This document shows, one piece after another, positions 39,287 through 50,200 of a DNA stretch of 64,000 nucleotides. The notes beneath the pieces are model-generated. The model did not search any database, was not told the origin of the DNA, and worked only from the letters and a program-made list of their open reading frames with translations. The stretch lies in assembly GCA_037132255.1 (NCBI GenBank), contig JBAXPN010000002.1:76433-140432 (forward strand), read 5' to 3'. The DNA comes from Candidatus Falkowbacteria bacterium (GTDB taxonomy: Bacteria; Patescibacteriota; Patescibacteriia; Patescibacteriales; UBA12465). Both the position numbers and the translations under genes were made by a program. Positions within the stretch are counted from its first letter, which is position 1. Each line of letters begins with the position of its first letter.

Positions 39287-40891
39287 TTGAATTTTATGGT
39301 AACAATAGGTAAAAAATCTAAGTTTTTGATAATATTTTGGGTTTTCTTCTATATTTTTGTCTTTGGTTTGTTAATTAAGAATTCTTTTAGCAGTCTTGAC
39401 CCGGATTTTGGTTGGCACCTCAGGGTTGGAGAGGAGGTCGCCTCTACTCGGATGGTCCCTCATGCAAATAATTATAACTATACTTATACTGGTAATTGGG
39501 TTGATCATGAGTGGCTGTCAAATTTAATTGTTTATGAAATTTATAATAATTACGGCTATTTGGCCTTAAATATTTTTTTCGCTTTAATAATTTTGTTTTC
39601 TCTCCTTGTTCTAAATTATTTTGCTCGTCGATTCTCGGATAAAATATCCGATAGCCTACTCGCTGTATTGCAAATATTTGCTCTCACTGCCTGTCTACCG
39701 CATTTTGGTATTCGGATACAGGAGTTTGGTTTTTTATTCATGGCTTTAGAGCTGTGGATAATTATGGAGTTTGACCGAAAGGTTTCTTGGCGGGTGCTGC
39801 TATGTCTTTTGCCACTTTTTTATCTTTGGTCAAATATGCACGGTAGCTTTTTGTTGGGTTTAGGATTATTAATCGCTTATCCGCTAGCAAAATTATTTCA
39901 GCGATATTTATCTTTTGGCAAGCTTGAAAAATATTTTCAGGGTTTTAAAATTATTCAGTGGTCAGAGGTGTCTACATTTTATATATTTACCCTCGGTTCT
40001 GTGCTAGTAACGCTTATAACTCCCTACGGTTTCGAATTATACTCTTTTTTGAGCGGATATAAAAACACATATTATTTAGGTGCTATTAAAGAATGGTTGC
40101 CTCAATTTCATTTTCCTTATGATTACTTACAATTATTATATTTAGCATTAGTGCTTGTCGTTTTGGGACAACTTATATATGTATGTATTCGTTATAAATC
40201 GCGAGCCATAAATATTTGGCAGTTGGGCTTAACGCTTATATTAATTTTTTTAAGCTTTAAATCTCGGCGTCATTTTCCCTTGCTTGTTGTCGCCAGTTTT
40301 ATTTTTTTAATTCAAAGTTTGCAAGAGTTTCTTGATCTAGAAAATATAAAAGCGCAAACTGTAAAGAAAAAATATAAATATTTTATAATACTGTGCTTGG
40401 TTTTAACTGTAACTAATCAATATTTAAATATAGATATAAAAAAAGATCCATTTTCTAATTACTGTAATGAATATCCATGTCTCGCGGCTGAGTTTTTACA
40501 GAAAGATGTTAAGCTCCAAAATATTAATATATTTAATGAGTATAATTGGGGCGGCTATTTAATTTGGGCATACCCGACTAAGAAACTATTTATCGATGGC
40601 CGTTTGCCGCAAACGGAATATGCTGGCCATACTTTTTTAGAAGAATATGTTGAATTTCTAAAACCTAAGGCTGATTTTGCTTCTAAATTAGAGAAGTATA
40701 AAATTGGCATAGTTTTAATTAAAACCAAGGAAGAAAAGATAAAGGCGAGAAATTGGGAAAAATTTCTATTTTTAATTAAGGATAAGGAATTAAATCAGCC
40801 TAATTATTTAAAACGTTATCTAGATAGCGCTCAAAATTGGGAAAAAATATATAGCGATCCACTGGCGACGATTTATTTAAAAATATATTAA
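39287..40891 (+). CDS. polytopic membrane protein, possible GT-C-fold glycosyltransferase
   Basis: At least 11 TM helices, an acidic first external loop (SSLDPDFGWHLRVGEE), and a soluble C-terminal domain. TTG start (ATG at 39296 also possible). The family was not confirmed. Confidence 0.35.
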   Translation: MNFMVTIGKKSKFLIIFWVFFYIFVFGLLIKNSFSSLDPDFGWHLRVGEEVASTRMVPHANNYNYTYTGNWVDHEWLSNLIVYEIYNNYGYLALNIFFALIILFSLLVLNYFARRFSDKISDSLLAVLQIFALTACLPHFGIRIQEFGFLFMALELWIIMEFDRKVSWRVLLCLLPLFYLWSNMHGSFLLGLGLLIAYPLAKLFQRYLSFGKLEKYFQGFKIIQWSEVSTFYIFTLGSVLVTLITPYGFELYSFLSGYKNTYYLGAIKEWLPQFHFPYDYLQLLYLALVLVVLGQLIYVCIRYKSRAINIWQLGLTLILIFLSFKSRRHFPLLVVASFIFLIQSLQEFLDLENIKAQTVKKKYKYFIILCLVLTVTNQYLNIDIKKDPFSNYCNEYPCLAAEFLQKDVKLQNINIFNEYNWGGYLIWAYPTKKLFIDGRLPQTEYAGHTFLEEYVEFLKPKADFASKLEKYKIGIVLIKTKEEKIKARNWEKFLFLIKDKELNQPNYLKRYLDSAQNWEKIYSDPLATIYLKIY

Positions 40892-40910
40892 GCTAACTCA
40901 TAATCTGACT

Positions 40911-41645
40911 ATGTTAGTAGAAATTTGTTTACCAGTAAAAAACGAGGAAAAAATCTTAGCTCTAAATTTGCAACGATTGCTTGATTTTTGCGAGGGAGCA
41001 AGGTTTGAGTTCGAATGGAAGATAATCGGCATAAGCAATGGATCAAGCGATGGGACGGTTGGAATATTCACCGAATTTGAAAAGCGTTATACTAAAAACC
41101 TGTCTCATCTTGAAATATCTTTGCCGGGACGCGGCCGCGCCATAAAACAGTATTGGCTTAAGAGCCAGGCAGATATTGTTTGCTATTTGGATATTGATTT
41201 AGCTGTTTCTCCTGATCAATTAACAAGTCTTCTTGCTCCGATTATTCGCGGCGAGGCTGACTTAGTGATTGGGTCGCGTCTTCTTCCTGAGTCGAAAACA
41301 AAGAGAAGCTTTCTTAGAGAAACAGTTTCACGCACATATAATTTTTTAGCGCGCCTTGTGCTTGCAAATAAGGTATCTGACTTACAATGCGGATTTAAAG
41401 CGATTAAAGAGGATGTTTTTAAAAAAATTGAACCTTATCTGGAGGACGATTACTGGTTTTTTGATACGGAAATGGTGAGCCTTGCCCGTCATTTTTCCTA
41501 TCGCATTTATGAACTTCCAGTTGATTGGAATGAAAGTAGGTATGCAAATCGAGTTAGTAAAGTAAAAATAGTGAGAGACATTATAAGGTTCATCGGAAAT
41601 CTAGTCCGTTTACGCTATCGACTATTTTTTCTGACAAGAAATTAA
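40911..41645 (+). CDS. GT2 polyprenyl-phosphate glycosyltransferase (Dpm1/GtrB/ArnC-like)
   Basis: CLPVKNEE.., YLDIDL (DxD), LQCGFKAIK, FFDTEM. Confidence 0.75.
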   Translation: MLVEICLPVKNEEKILALNLQRLLDFCEGARFEFEWKIIGISNGSSDGTVGIFTEFEKRYTKNLSHLEISLPGRGRAIKQYWLKSQADIVCYLDIDLAVSPDQLTSLLAPIIRGEADLVIGSRLLPESKTKRSFLRETVSRTYNFLARLVLANKVSDLQCGFKAIKEDVFKKIEPYLEDDYWFFDTEMVSLARHFSYRIYELPVDWNESRYANRVSKVKIVRDIIRFIGNLVRLRYRLFFLTRN

Positions 41646-42028
41646 AGAATATCCAAAAAATGTTTAAGTTGCGCCATTTTCTTTTTATAATTTACTGAAA
41701 TCACTATCAAGTCTAAGCGCGTATTCTCGAAATTAATTTTATATTTAAGACAATAGCTTGCTATCGCTTTTTTAAGATTATTAGTTTGTCGGCTTGAGAG
41801 GTAATTGTCGCTAATTTGTCCCCAGCTTTCATTTCTGGTTTTAACTTCGATAAATATATATTGTTGTTCATACTTAAAAATTATATCAAGCTCAAAGCGA
41901 CCCTCTTTATGATTCTTCGTGATAAAACGGTATCCCTTATTATTGAGATAATCTTGGGCGATATTTTCTCCCCATAATCCCAGTTTCTTCGAATTAGTCA
42001 TACATTTAAAAAAACTCTCCTTATTCAA
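41642..42028 (-). CDS. yraN: YraN-family (UPF0102) endonuclease-like protein
   Basis: GLWGENIAQDYLNNKGYRFITKN..ELDIIF..IFIEVKTR. Confidence 0.7.
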   Translation of the reverse strand: MNKESFFKCMTNSKKLGLWGENIAQDYLNNKGYRFITKNHKEGRFELDIIFKYEQQYIFIEVKTRNESWGQISDNYLSSRQTNNLKKAIASYCLKYKINFENTRLDLIVISVNYKKKMAQLKHFLDIL

Positions 42029-42068
42029 GGAGAGTTTTTGGAATAAGAAAATATTAATTATTTATTTC

Positions 42069-42452
42069 TTAAGGAAGGTATTTTTTTAATTCTTTATCTT
42101 GCTCTTGTTTCTTTTTTTGAATTGGAATAACTCGTAATTTTTTGAGTATTAAGACAAGCCAGACAATCATCGTTATTCCCCAGATGCCAAGCCAAAAGCG
42201 CGCTGAAAAGAATGGAACCATTTCGTAGTTAAGAAAAAGAAGAATGCCGCCAATGATTGCGTTACTAAGAAAGAATGTATAGAGTCGTTTAAAAAATCCC
42301 CTATAAAGGCCGCCGTGTTTTTTTGCTAGAAGCATAAAGAAGGCGATTGCGACAAAGGTAATAAGCAGAAAGGAAAAGCCTTTTTGTACTAATGGAGTTA
42401 AGCTCTCGGGACGTAAGGCGAACCAAAATCGCCAAGTCAACAAATTTGTCAT
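42069..42452 (-). CDS. hypothetical 4-TM membrane protein
   Basis: 127 aa with four hydrophobic helices and no recognised motif. Confidence 0.45.
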   Translation of the reverse strand: MTNLLTWRFWFALRPESLTPLVQKGFSFLLITFVAIAFFMLLAKKHGGLYRGFFKRLYTFFLSNAIIGGILLFLNYEMVPFFSARFWLGIWGITMIVWLVLILKKLRVIPIQKKKQEQDKELKKYLP

Positions 42453-42462
42453 AGGTTTTAAA

Positions 42463-43014
42463 TTAGAGTTTAGTTAATATTAATCCGTAATGAAATGGTC
42501 CAGCTGGAAATTCTTCGTTAATCTCGAGGCCAATTTTTGGAGCGGCCGCTTTTAATGATTCTAGTTTGACGCGTTTCTCTGGGGTTGGCCCAAGAGGGGC
42601 GTCGGTATTTCCCCATTCGACAATAAGTAATTTTCCGCCTCGTTTTAAGAGACGAATGGCTTCGCGTAAAATTTCGATGCGCTTTTCTGATTGGTGGAGG
42701 ATATTGACTAGAAGCGCAGCATCAAGACTGCTTGTTTCAATATTCGTTGCTTTAAATATCTCCAAATTACTCCAGACTGTTTTAACTTGTGGTAAATTAT
42801 CCTTTAAAGCTTGGCGTCTAATTTCATCGAGAGTGCTCTTTAAGATGTCGACAGCAAAGATTTGTCCCCGCCGACCGACAAGCTTGGCGAGCGGCCAAAC
42901 AAAGAAGCCAAAATTGCCACAACCGAGTTCGGCAACCTTTTGTCCCTCCTCAACTGTTATTTTACGCAAAATATTTTCAATGTCAAATAGGATAGTCTTT
43001 TTATTCTCCGACAT
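42463..43014 (-). CDS. class I SAM-dependent methyltransferase
   Basis: Motif I VAELGCGNFGF, then post-I IFAVDI and a GGKLLIVEW region. Confidence 0.75.
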   Translation of the reverse strand: MSENKKTILFDIENILRKITVEEGQKVAELGCGNFGFFVWPLAKLVGRRGQIFAVDILKSTLDEIRRQALKDNLPQVKTVWSNLEIFKATNIETSSLDAALLVNILHQSEKRIEILREAIRLLKRGGKLLIVEWGNTDAPLGPTPEKRVKLESLKAAAPKIGLEINEEFPAGPFHYGLILTKL

Positions 43015-43024
43015 ATTTTTAAAA

Positions 43025-43684
43025 TTAATTAACTAAAATTTGGCGCGTAATTGTTTCCTCGCGGCTATATTTCTTTTTTGCCTTAATAATTATGTTATTT
43101 AGGCCCTTTTTAAGATTAACCGTCTGAGTAAAATAACCCTCGTGGTTGTTTAAAACGATTTCCCCATTGATTTTAATCTCCGCCTCGACTTCGGTCTGCC
43201 CACTAATTGTTATGCTCGATGAAGATATCGCTAAATTTGTTTCCGGCTGAGTGATTATTAGGTGAGGTGGAAGAACAATTTTTTTAAAGTAGAAGATTAA
43301 GTAAAGGAAACAAATTAAAACGGCGCCAATAACTAGTACGCTTCTAATAATTTTTGGGAATATTATGAAGCGGTGTCTGGCCAGTATTTTTCTGGAAAAA
43401 GGATCATTGGGTGAGTTATTAATAATTTGAGCCCCCCAATCATTGGTAATTTCTTTCGGATTTAGTCCTAAAAATGAAGCGTATTCTTTAATATAGTTTT
43501 TGCCGTATAGGCCGGCAGGTAAATCTTCGAAACGCTCATCTTCGAGCGCTAGTAAGTATTCTGATTTAATGTTTATTTTTTTAGCTACTTCCTCGATTTT
43601 TAAATTTTTAAATCGGCGAGCCAGGCGCAATTTTTCGCCCCAACTCTCTTCTTGGTGTATTTTTTTCGGAACAAAAGCAGTCAT
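43025..43684 (-). CDS. RodZ-like HTH membrane protein
   Basis: N-terminal XRE-type HTH (WGEKLRLARRFKNLKIEEVAKKINIKSEYLLALEDERFEDLP..YGKNYIKEYA), one TM helix, and an external beta domain. Confidence 0.55.
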   Translation of the reverse strand: MTAFVPKKIHQEESWGEKLRLARRFKNLKIEEVAKKINIKSEYLLALEDERFEDLPAGLYGKNYIKEYASFLGLNPKEITNDWGAQIINNSPNDPFSRKILARHRFIIFPKIIRSVLVIGAVLICFLYLIFYFKKIVLPPHLIITQPETNLAISSSSITISGQTEVEAEIKINGEIVLNNHEGYFTQTVNLKKGLNNIIIKAKKKYSREETITRQILVN

Positions 43685-43687
43685 AGA

Positions 43688-44212
43688 TTAATTTGAGCTG
43701 CAGCATTTGATTTCCGTAGGATCATTTGGACATAGGCCAGCCTTGCAATTTTTGCCGATAGCCTCATTCATGCAACTATATCCGGTTCCAAGGCTTGCTT
43801 CGCAGGCACTTATTTTAGCTCTAAGCTTTGAATTATCTCCATTCCATTTTAATCCAAGTGAATCAAGAACAAACTGAATTATTAAGTAGCTGGAAAAAAC
43901 AATTATTAAGCCAATCACAGCTGCAATAAGAATCTTTTTTGCCTGCCCAATTTTATCGCTGCTGCCGGCTGAGATTAAAAAAGTAAAACCGCCGTAAATA
44001 AACATGAGCAGGGCTAGCGAGCCGACGATACCAAGAATCCAGCGCGAGGCGCCGATAGCAATTAGGAGAATATCGTTTAGCGTGTAGTCGCCGTTCGTAT
44101 AAGCTCGTGAGCTTGGATCAATAATTGATGTTTGAGCATTTGCTATGAAAGGAATAGCAAAAGAAGTTAATAAGATTAGTAAGAAACTAAATACAATTAG
44201 CTTTTTATACAT
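43688..44212 (-). CDS. TrbC/VirB2-like pilin paralog with Cys-rich C-terminal extension
   Basis: Signal peptide ..IANAQ; TM1; FTFLISAGSSDKIGQAKK; TM2; then a 55-aa tail with 6 Cys (CEASLGTGYSCMNEAIGKNCKAGLCPNDPTEIKCC). Confidence 0.6.
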   Translation of the reverse strand: MYKKLIVFSFLLILLTSFAIPFIANAQTSIIDPSSRAYTNGDYTLNDILLIAIGASRWILGIVGSLALLMFIYGGFTFLISAGSSDKIGQAKKILIAAVIGLIIVFSSYLIIQFVLDSLGLKWNGDNSKLRAKISACEASLGTGYSCMNEAIGKNCKAGLCPNDPTEIKCCSSN

Positions 44213-44221
44213 ATAAAATAA

Positions 44222-45601
44222 TTAGTAAACAGTTTGTTGGACCTTAGCAGCGCCAGTACTTACTATTTCTTGAATCTTGTCACTCGAATTTTTTATTACC
44301 GCATCAATCATCTCGGCAATTGCATCCTCGGCTGCGCCTGCATTTTTCCCTCTATACCAGCTTTTAGCGGTTAGTACTTGATCAGCGAAGACACCAATTT
44401 CGTCATTTTCCTTTTGTTTGGCAACAAGTGAACGTAGCGCTGTCGGACGTTTTGTTTTTTCTAAATATACCTTTGCCTGTTCCTCTTTAGTTATAAATTG
44501 AATGAAATCCCAGGATTCATTTGAAACTTTACTTTTCTTTGAAACAACTTCAACCCAATAATTAGCAAAATTTATATTCGTTGACGGAGTCCCTTCGATT
44601 TGAGGTAATTTAGCGACAGAAAAGTTTAGTTTTGGCGCCTGTGCTTTTATAGTCTCAAGGTCATAGGAATAGCTAAACATGATTGCGAGATTTCCACTGA
44701 TAAATAAATCCAAAGAATTTGATAAATCGCTACTCCAGGAATAGGACTCTTTAACTGGATCGGCGAAGTCAGTATAAAAGCGTAAGGCATCAATTCCAGG
44801 GCTATAATTAGTATTATTAGCAAAAGTTGGTGTGGTATGGAAAAGAACTTGGCCACTGTCGCTCATCATCGTGGCGCCACTTTGCATCATTAGAACAGCG
44901 AGGATATCGCTATAACGATTAATATTCTTACTGCCGCCAAGCGCTACTCCAGATTGGATTAGTCCCTTCTTCGAATCTTGTTTCGTTAATTTTTTTACAT
45001 CAGAAATAAATTCCTTATTCCAGTAAGCGGGAGTTTGGCTAATGCCTGCATTGTTAAATAAATCTTTATTATAAAACATGGCTAAAGTATCAACGGAAAG
45101 AGGAAGGCCATAAATTTTACCATCATCTAAAATTACATCTTGAGCGACTACGTCTACAAAATTATCTTTTAACTCTTTAACAGAAATACTTTTAGTAGTT
45201 CGTGACTCAGGAATAGTCTCTTTTTTAATTGAGCCAGACGTAACTGGGTAAACCATGGTAATCGTGTCAGGCATCGGCGCAAGCTTTGATTGATATTTTC
45301 TCATCCAAGTATTATGAATTGAAAAGACATCCGGCCCCCTGTCCTCGGCAAGTGCATTTAATAATTCAGTTTCATATTCACTGTAACGTAGTTTTCGGTA
45401 GTCAATCGTTACGAAAGGGTGCAAGGCTTTATACTTAGTAATAACTTCATCAAAGGCATCGGGTCCATCATAGACGCGCCAATAAGTTATCGTGATTGGT
45501 TTCATGGCCGCTTGGGTTGCCTTATCGGTAACTTTACAGCCAAAACCGGAGCCTAAAATAAAGACCATTAATAAGAATAAAATTGTTAATTTTTTGAACA
45601 T
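44222..45601 (-). CDS. lipoprotein, ABC-type sugar-binding protein (family 1)
   Basis: Lipobox LGSGFGC with SBP_bac_1-like length and pattern. No permease or ATPase genes are adjacent. Confidence 0.65.
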   Translation of the reverse strand: MFKKLTILFLLMVFILGSGFGCKVTDKATQAAMKPITITYWRVYDGPDAFDEVITKYKALHPFVTIDYRKLRYSEYETELLNALAEDRGPDVFSIHNTWMRKYQSKLAPMPDTITMVYPVTSGSIKKETIPESRTTKSISVKELKDNFVDVVAQDVILDDGKIYGLPLSVDTLAMFYNKDLFNNAGISQTPAYWNKEFISDVKKLTKQDSKKGLIQSGVALGGSKNINRYSDILAVLMMQSGATMMSDSGQVLFHTTPTFANNTNYSPGIDALRFYTDFADPVKESYSWSSDLSNSLDLFISGNLAIMFSYSYDLETIKAQAPKLNFSVAKLPQIEGTPSTNINFANYWVEVVSKKSKVSNESWDFIQFITKEEQAKVYLEKTKRPTALRSLVAKQKENDEIGVFADQVLTAKSWYRGKNAGAAEDAIAEMIDAVIKNSSDKIQEIVSTGAAKVQQTVY

Positions 45602-45659
45602 ATTTTTATTTATTGTTTCCGCTTTTATTATACCAAAAACGCTGTGAATATTCCAATTT

Positions 45660-47183
45660 TTATTCTATTTTTGGACGATATTGAAGGGCCTCGCTTAAAT
45701 GAGTAACGGAAATGTTCGTTGCGGCGTCTAAATCAGCGATTGTACGAGCAATTTTGAGAATTCGAAAGTATGAACGCGAGCTTAAATTAAATTTTTCACA
45801 AGCAAGCCGAATGAGTTTTTGGCCATCTTCGTCTAATTTGCAGAAAGTTCTTGTCGTTTCATTTGGCATGTCTGAATTAATAGAAAAAGGGAGCCCTTTG
45901 TATCGAGCAGCTTGCAAGGAGCGGGCATTAATTACGCGCTGGCGTATTATTTCTGATGATTCTTCGGGCTTCTCTGAGGATAAATCATTATAGCTGGTAC
46001 GAAGAAGGGTAAGATGGAGGTCAATTCGATCAATTATGGGTCCAGATATTTTACGACGATAATTTAAGATTTTGGTCTCCGGACAATGGCAAATAATTTT
46101 TTTATCGCCCTGGTAACCGCAGGGGCAGGGGTTCATCGCCGCAACCAACATAAAATTACAGGGAAATTTTAAAGAACCATTTGTTCGGTTGATATTTATG
46201 CATCCTTCTTCTAGCGGTTGGCGAAGATTTTCTAAAACATTGCGATTAAATTCCGGAAATTCGTCTAAGAATAAAACACCACGATGGGCTAAAGATATTT
46301 CTCCCGGTTTTGGCAAAGTCCCGCCCCCGATTAATGAAGCGCTGGATGCACTATGATGAGGCGCGCGGAATGGTCTTTCGGTTATTAAGGAATATTTAAC
46401 ATTAGTTTCGCCATAAATACTGTGGATATTAGTTACTTCTAGAATTTCTTCATCGTTCAGTGCTGGTAAAATACCAGAAAGAGATTTAGAGAGAATTGTC
46501 TTGCCAGACCCAGGTGGGCCAATTAATAAAATATTATGAGCGCCCGCGGCGGCTATTTCTAAGACTCGCTTTGCTTTTTCCTGTCCTTTAATTGTTGAAA
46601 TATTTACTAACTCCTCTCGCGAAATTTCTTTATTTCTGGGTAGAGGCGATATTTCTGATACCTGAATCAGAGAAATTTGTTTGAGATGTTTAATTAATTC
46701 GTCTAAACATTTTATCGAAAAAATATTTAATCCCGGAATTAAAGTAGCCTCCTCTATATTTTCATACGGAATAAAAAGATTATGGATATTGAAAGATTTC
46801 GCCCTAAGCGCGATTGCTAAAATTCCTTTAACGGCGCGTAGTTCACCGTTTAACGATAATTCCCCAACCATTAAACAATCTTTAAAATCTATTTTAAACT
46901 TATTTTTTAAACTTAAAATTGAAACCGCGATTGCTAGGTCAAAGGCTGTGCCGTGTTTTTTAAGATTAGCTGGTGCGAGGTTAACAGTGATTTTTCTTTT
47001 CGGAAATTCGTAGTGGCAATTACGGATTGCACTTTTTACTCGTTCTTTTGCCTCCGAGGTGGCGGCATCGGGTAAACCAACAATCGCTATTTGACCAAAG
47101 TCGCCGCCGCCAGAATCTGATTCGACTTCAATTATTTCTGCTTCAAGGCCGACTAGAGTCGCTGATAATATTTTTATGGGCAT
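45660..47183 (-). CDS. comM: Mg-chelatase-like ATPase YifB/ComM
   Basis: Lon-like N-domain, Walker A LLIGPPGSGKT, VLFLDEFPEF, and the zinc motif CPCGY..C.C. The start is set at Met20 of the track ORF. Confidence 0.85.
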   Translation of the reverse strand: MPIKILSATLVGLEAEIIEVESDSGGGDFGQIAIVGLPDAATSEAKERVKSAIRNCHYEFPKRKITVNLAPANLKKHGTAFDLAIAVSILSLKNKFKIDFKDCLMVGELSLNGELRAVKGILAIALRAKSFNIHNLFIPYENIEEATLIPGLNIFSIKCLDELIKHLKQISLIQVSEISPLPRNKEISREELVNISTIKGQEKAKRVLEIAAAGAHNILLIGPPGSGKTILSKSLSGILPALNDEEILEVTNIHSIYGETNVKYSLITERPFRAPHHSASSASLIGGGTLPKPGEISLAHRGVLFLDEFPEFNRNVLENLRQPLEEGCININRTNGSLKFPCNFMLVAAMNPCPCGYQGDKKIICHCPETKILNYRRKISGPIIDRIDLHLTLLRTSYNDLSSEKPEESSEIIRQRVINARSLQAARYKGLPFSINSDMPNETTRTFCKLDEDGQKLIRLACEKFNLSSRSYFRILKIARTIADLDAATNISVTHLSEALQYRPKIE

Positions 47184-47282
47184 AGATAATATTATTATAT
47201 ACAAAAAGCCTCTCAATCCTGAGAGGCTTAATAGTAACAAATAGGCAATGAAAATAATTTAAAGTAATTATTTATCAATAAT

Positions 47283-50200
47283 TTATTTTTTTAGATCATC
47301 AAGTTTAACGCTTAAGAGCTTACTTACGCCGTCTGACTCCATGGTAACGCCGTAAAGAATGCTGGCACGACGCATTGAAGCGCGGTTATGAGTAATTACA
47401 ATGAACTGAGTTTTATTGGATAAGTCATCGAGAATCTTTGCTAAGCGTTCCGAGTTAGCTTCATCAAGCGCGGCATCAGCCTCATCAAGGACAACGAATG
47501 GTGATGGGTTCGCACTGATGATAGCGCTGATTAAAGCGATGGCGGTTAAAGCGCGTTCGCCACCGGATAACATAGAAACTGCTTGGATTTTTTTGCCCGG
47601 AGGAATGGCCTGAATCTCAATACCCGCTAAACCAACCGCATTATGTTTTCGTAAAAATTTAATTCTTTTTAGTCTTTCGTCAGTTTCATTTTTAATTTCA
47701 GTTTCGGCCGGTGTTAGGCCGGCGGTCAAATTGGCAGCACCATTTCCATTTCCGTTCCCACTAGTGTTCTGGTTATTCTTTTCTTCTTTCTCTAAATCCT
47801 CAAGCATTATCTTAGAGATTTTAGCGGCACCGCCGTTAAAGAGAATTTTAAAATATTCATTAAATTTCTCGGAAATAACTTTAAATTCTTGGTCGAAACG
47901 TCCTTTTATATTTAAATCAAGCTCGTAAATAATTTCTTCTAAGGACTTGATGGCTTTATGAAGATCCTCTGTTTGTGCGCTTAAGAAATCGTGGCGCTCT
48001 TTGGTATCAGAGAATTCTTTTTCTGTTTCCGGATCAATCCCACCAATTTGCTCAAGTTGGATTTTGTTATTAGTGATACTTTTTTGCCAACGTTCTATTT
48101 CAATGGTCTGGTCATTAAGTTTATGATTTTTAATATCGCCGATATTCAATTCATCATTTCGAATATTGGCTTCTAAGTCTTCGAGTTTTGTTTCTTGACG
48201 AGTGGCTTCAACTTTTAAATTATTAAGTTCGGCTAAAATGGAGTTTACTTCTTGTTGAAGAGTTTGAATTGCCCTTTGATACTCAAACATTTGGCTTTTT
48301 TCTTTTTCCTGGGCTGCATTAAATTCCGCTAATCGTGTTTCGAGAGATTTTATTTCTGTGTTTAGAGATTCTAATCTTTCAGAAATATTTTTTTTCTCCG
48401 CCTCGATACCACTCGCATCAAATTTAACTTGGCTCTTGGCGATTTTAATTTTAATATCAGAAATTTCTTTTTCTAATTGAATTTTTTTGGCTTGCAGTAA
48501 ACGAAGACGTTCATTTAGAGCCGAAGCCTTGAGCCGGCAATCAGTAATTTTATTGCTTAGCGATTGCCGCTTATCAAACCAATCGTTAAGGTAAGAATTT
48601 GCTTTTAAGTTTGCTTGTTCTTTTTCGAGAAGAAGAATCTTATTATTTAATTCTTTCTTTTCAGACTCAAGTTGGCTCGCGTCAAATTTAACCTGGGCCT
48701 TCTCTAGCTTCGCCTTAATATCGTTCAATTCGCGGATTAACTGTAATTCTTTTTCTTCTAGAAGACGCAAGCGCTCATTAAGCATCGAGAGGCGTAAACG
48801 TTCGGTGCTAAGATTTTCTTGGGTATTTTGCTTTGATTCCGTTAAAGAAATAATTTCAGTTTGAATTTCTTTTATTTGATTTAACTTATCATCGTCTAGT
48901 CCGCTTATGAGTTTTGTAATCTTTTTTTGAAAATCATTCTTTGCCTCGGCAATTAGTTTTTTGATTTTATTTAAATCAGTTTCACTTTCAATCGCTTCCA
49001 ATTGCTTTAAAAATTCATCGATTAATTTACTAATTGCCTCATTTTGTCCCTCATTTTGGCCGGATTTTTTTAAGTCCCGGTTAAGAGTGTCGAGCTCTTT
49101 ATTTAGCCGGTTAAGGTCATTTTGAATAGCGGAAAGTTTTTGCTCGCTTGATCTTTCTTGATCGCGATTATTTTCTGATTTTAAAGCAGAAATTTCTTTT
49201 TTCAATTTTGTTAATTCGGCAGCGAGTTCTTCATTTTTATTATTAAGCCAAGAGACATCGAATTGACCTTGCACCTCAAGATTAGCTTCAAGAACGGCTT
49301 CTAATTTAGAAACCTGCTTAAAATAAATTGTTTTTTCTGTTTCTATTTTATCTATTTGGCGGCGAGTATTATTTACTTTTTCGATTTCTTGGTTAACAAT
49401 ATTTAATTCCGAGCGTAGAGAATCCTCCTCTTTGACGGCATTAGTATTATCAAGAGATATAATTTCAGCGCTGATATTTTCAAGCTCAGCGTTTAGCTCT
49501 CCCTGTTTATTATTAAGCCAAGAGACATCGAATTGCCCCTGAGATTCTAATTGAATCTCAAGTTCAGCTTGGAGTTTCGCCAATTGTTTTTGGAGTTGGT
49601 TTCTTTGGTTTTCAAATTCTTTTAGACGAGGCTGAAGATCATTAATTTCTTGGAAATTATTTGTGTTTCGTATTTTATTTAAATCTTCATTTAGTTTTTC
49701 AAGTTTCTTTTCTTGATCAATTTTATTTTTTTCTAAATCTAAAAAGTGATTGTTGGCTTTGCTTAATTTTTGGTTAATATCCTGCCAAAGAAAACCGTAG
49801 TAGTTTAATTGAACATAATGCAAATCATTTGAAATTTCATCGCGGCGTTTTAATTTTTCAACTTGACGGGTTAAGCTTTTGAGTCGTGGTCTAATTTCGG
49901 CAAGAAGCATTTCAACTTGCTGCAAATTCTCATAACTTGATTCAAGTTTATTTAAAGCAGAGTCGCGCTTGATTTGAAATTGTTTAACGCCAGTTGCTTC
50001 ATCGAAAAAATCCTTTCTTTCGGCGGCAGAGGTATTTAAAAAGTTTTCAACCATGCCTTGGCCGATAACACTATAAGTTTTTTGACCAAAATTAGCTTTC
50101 GCCAAGAGCATTTGGATATCAGCGAGACGGACGCGATTGTTATTTAATAAGTATTCGCTTTCACCGCTGCGGTAAATACGACGAGTAATAACTATTTCCG

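Noticed and set aside
42566-43036. 156-aa plus-strand ORF
   Set aside because: It is antisense to the methyltransferase gene, which carries a clear SAM-binding motif I. The plus-frame product is Ser/Arg/Phe-rich with no motif.
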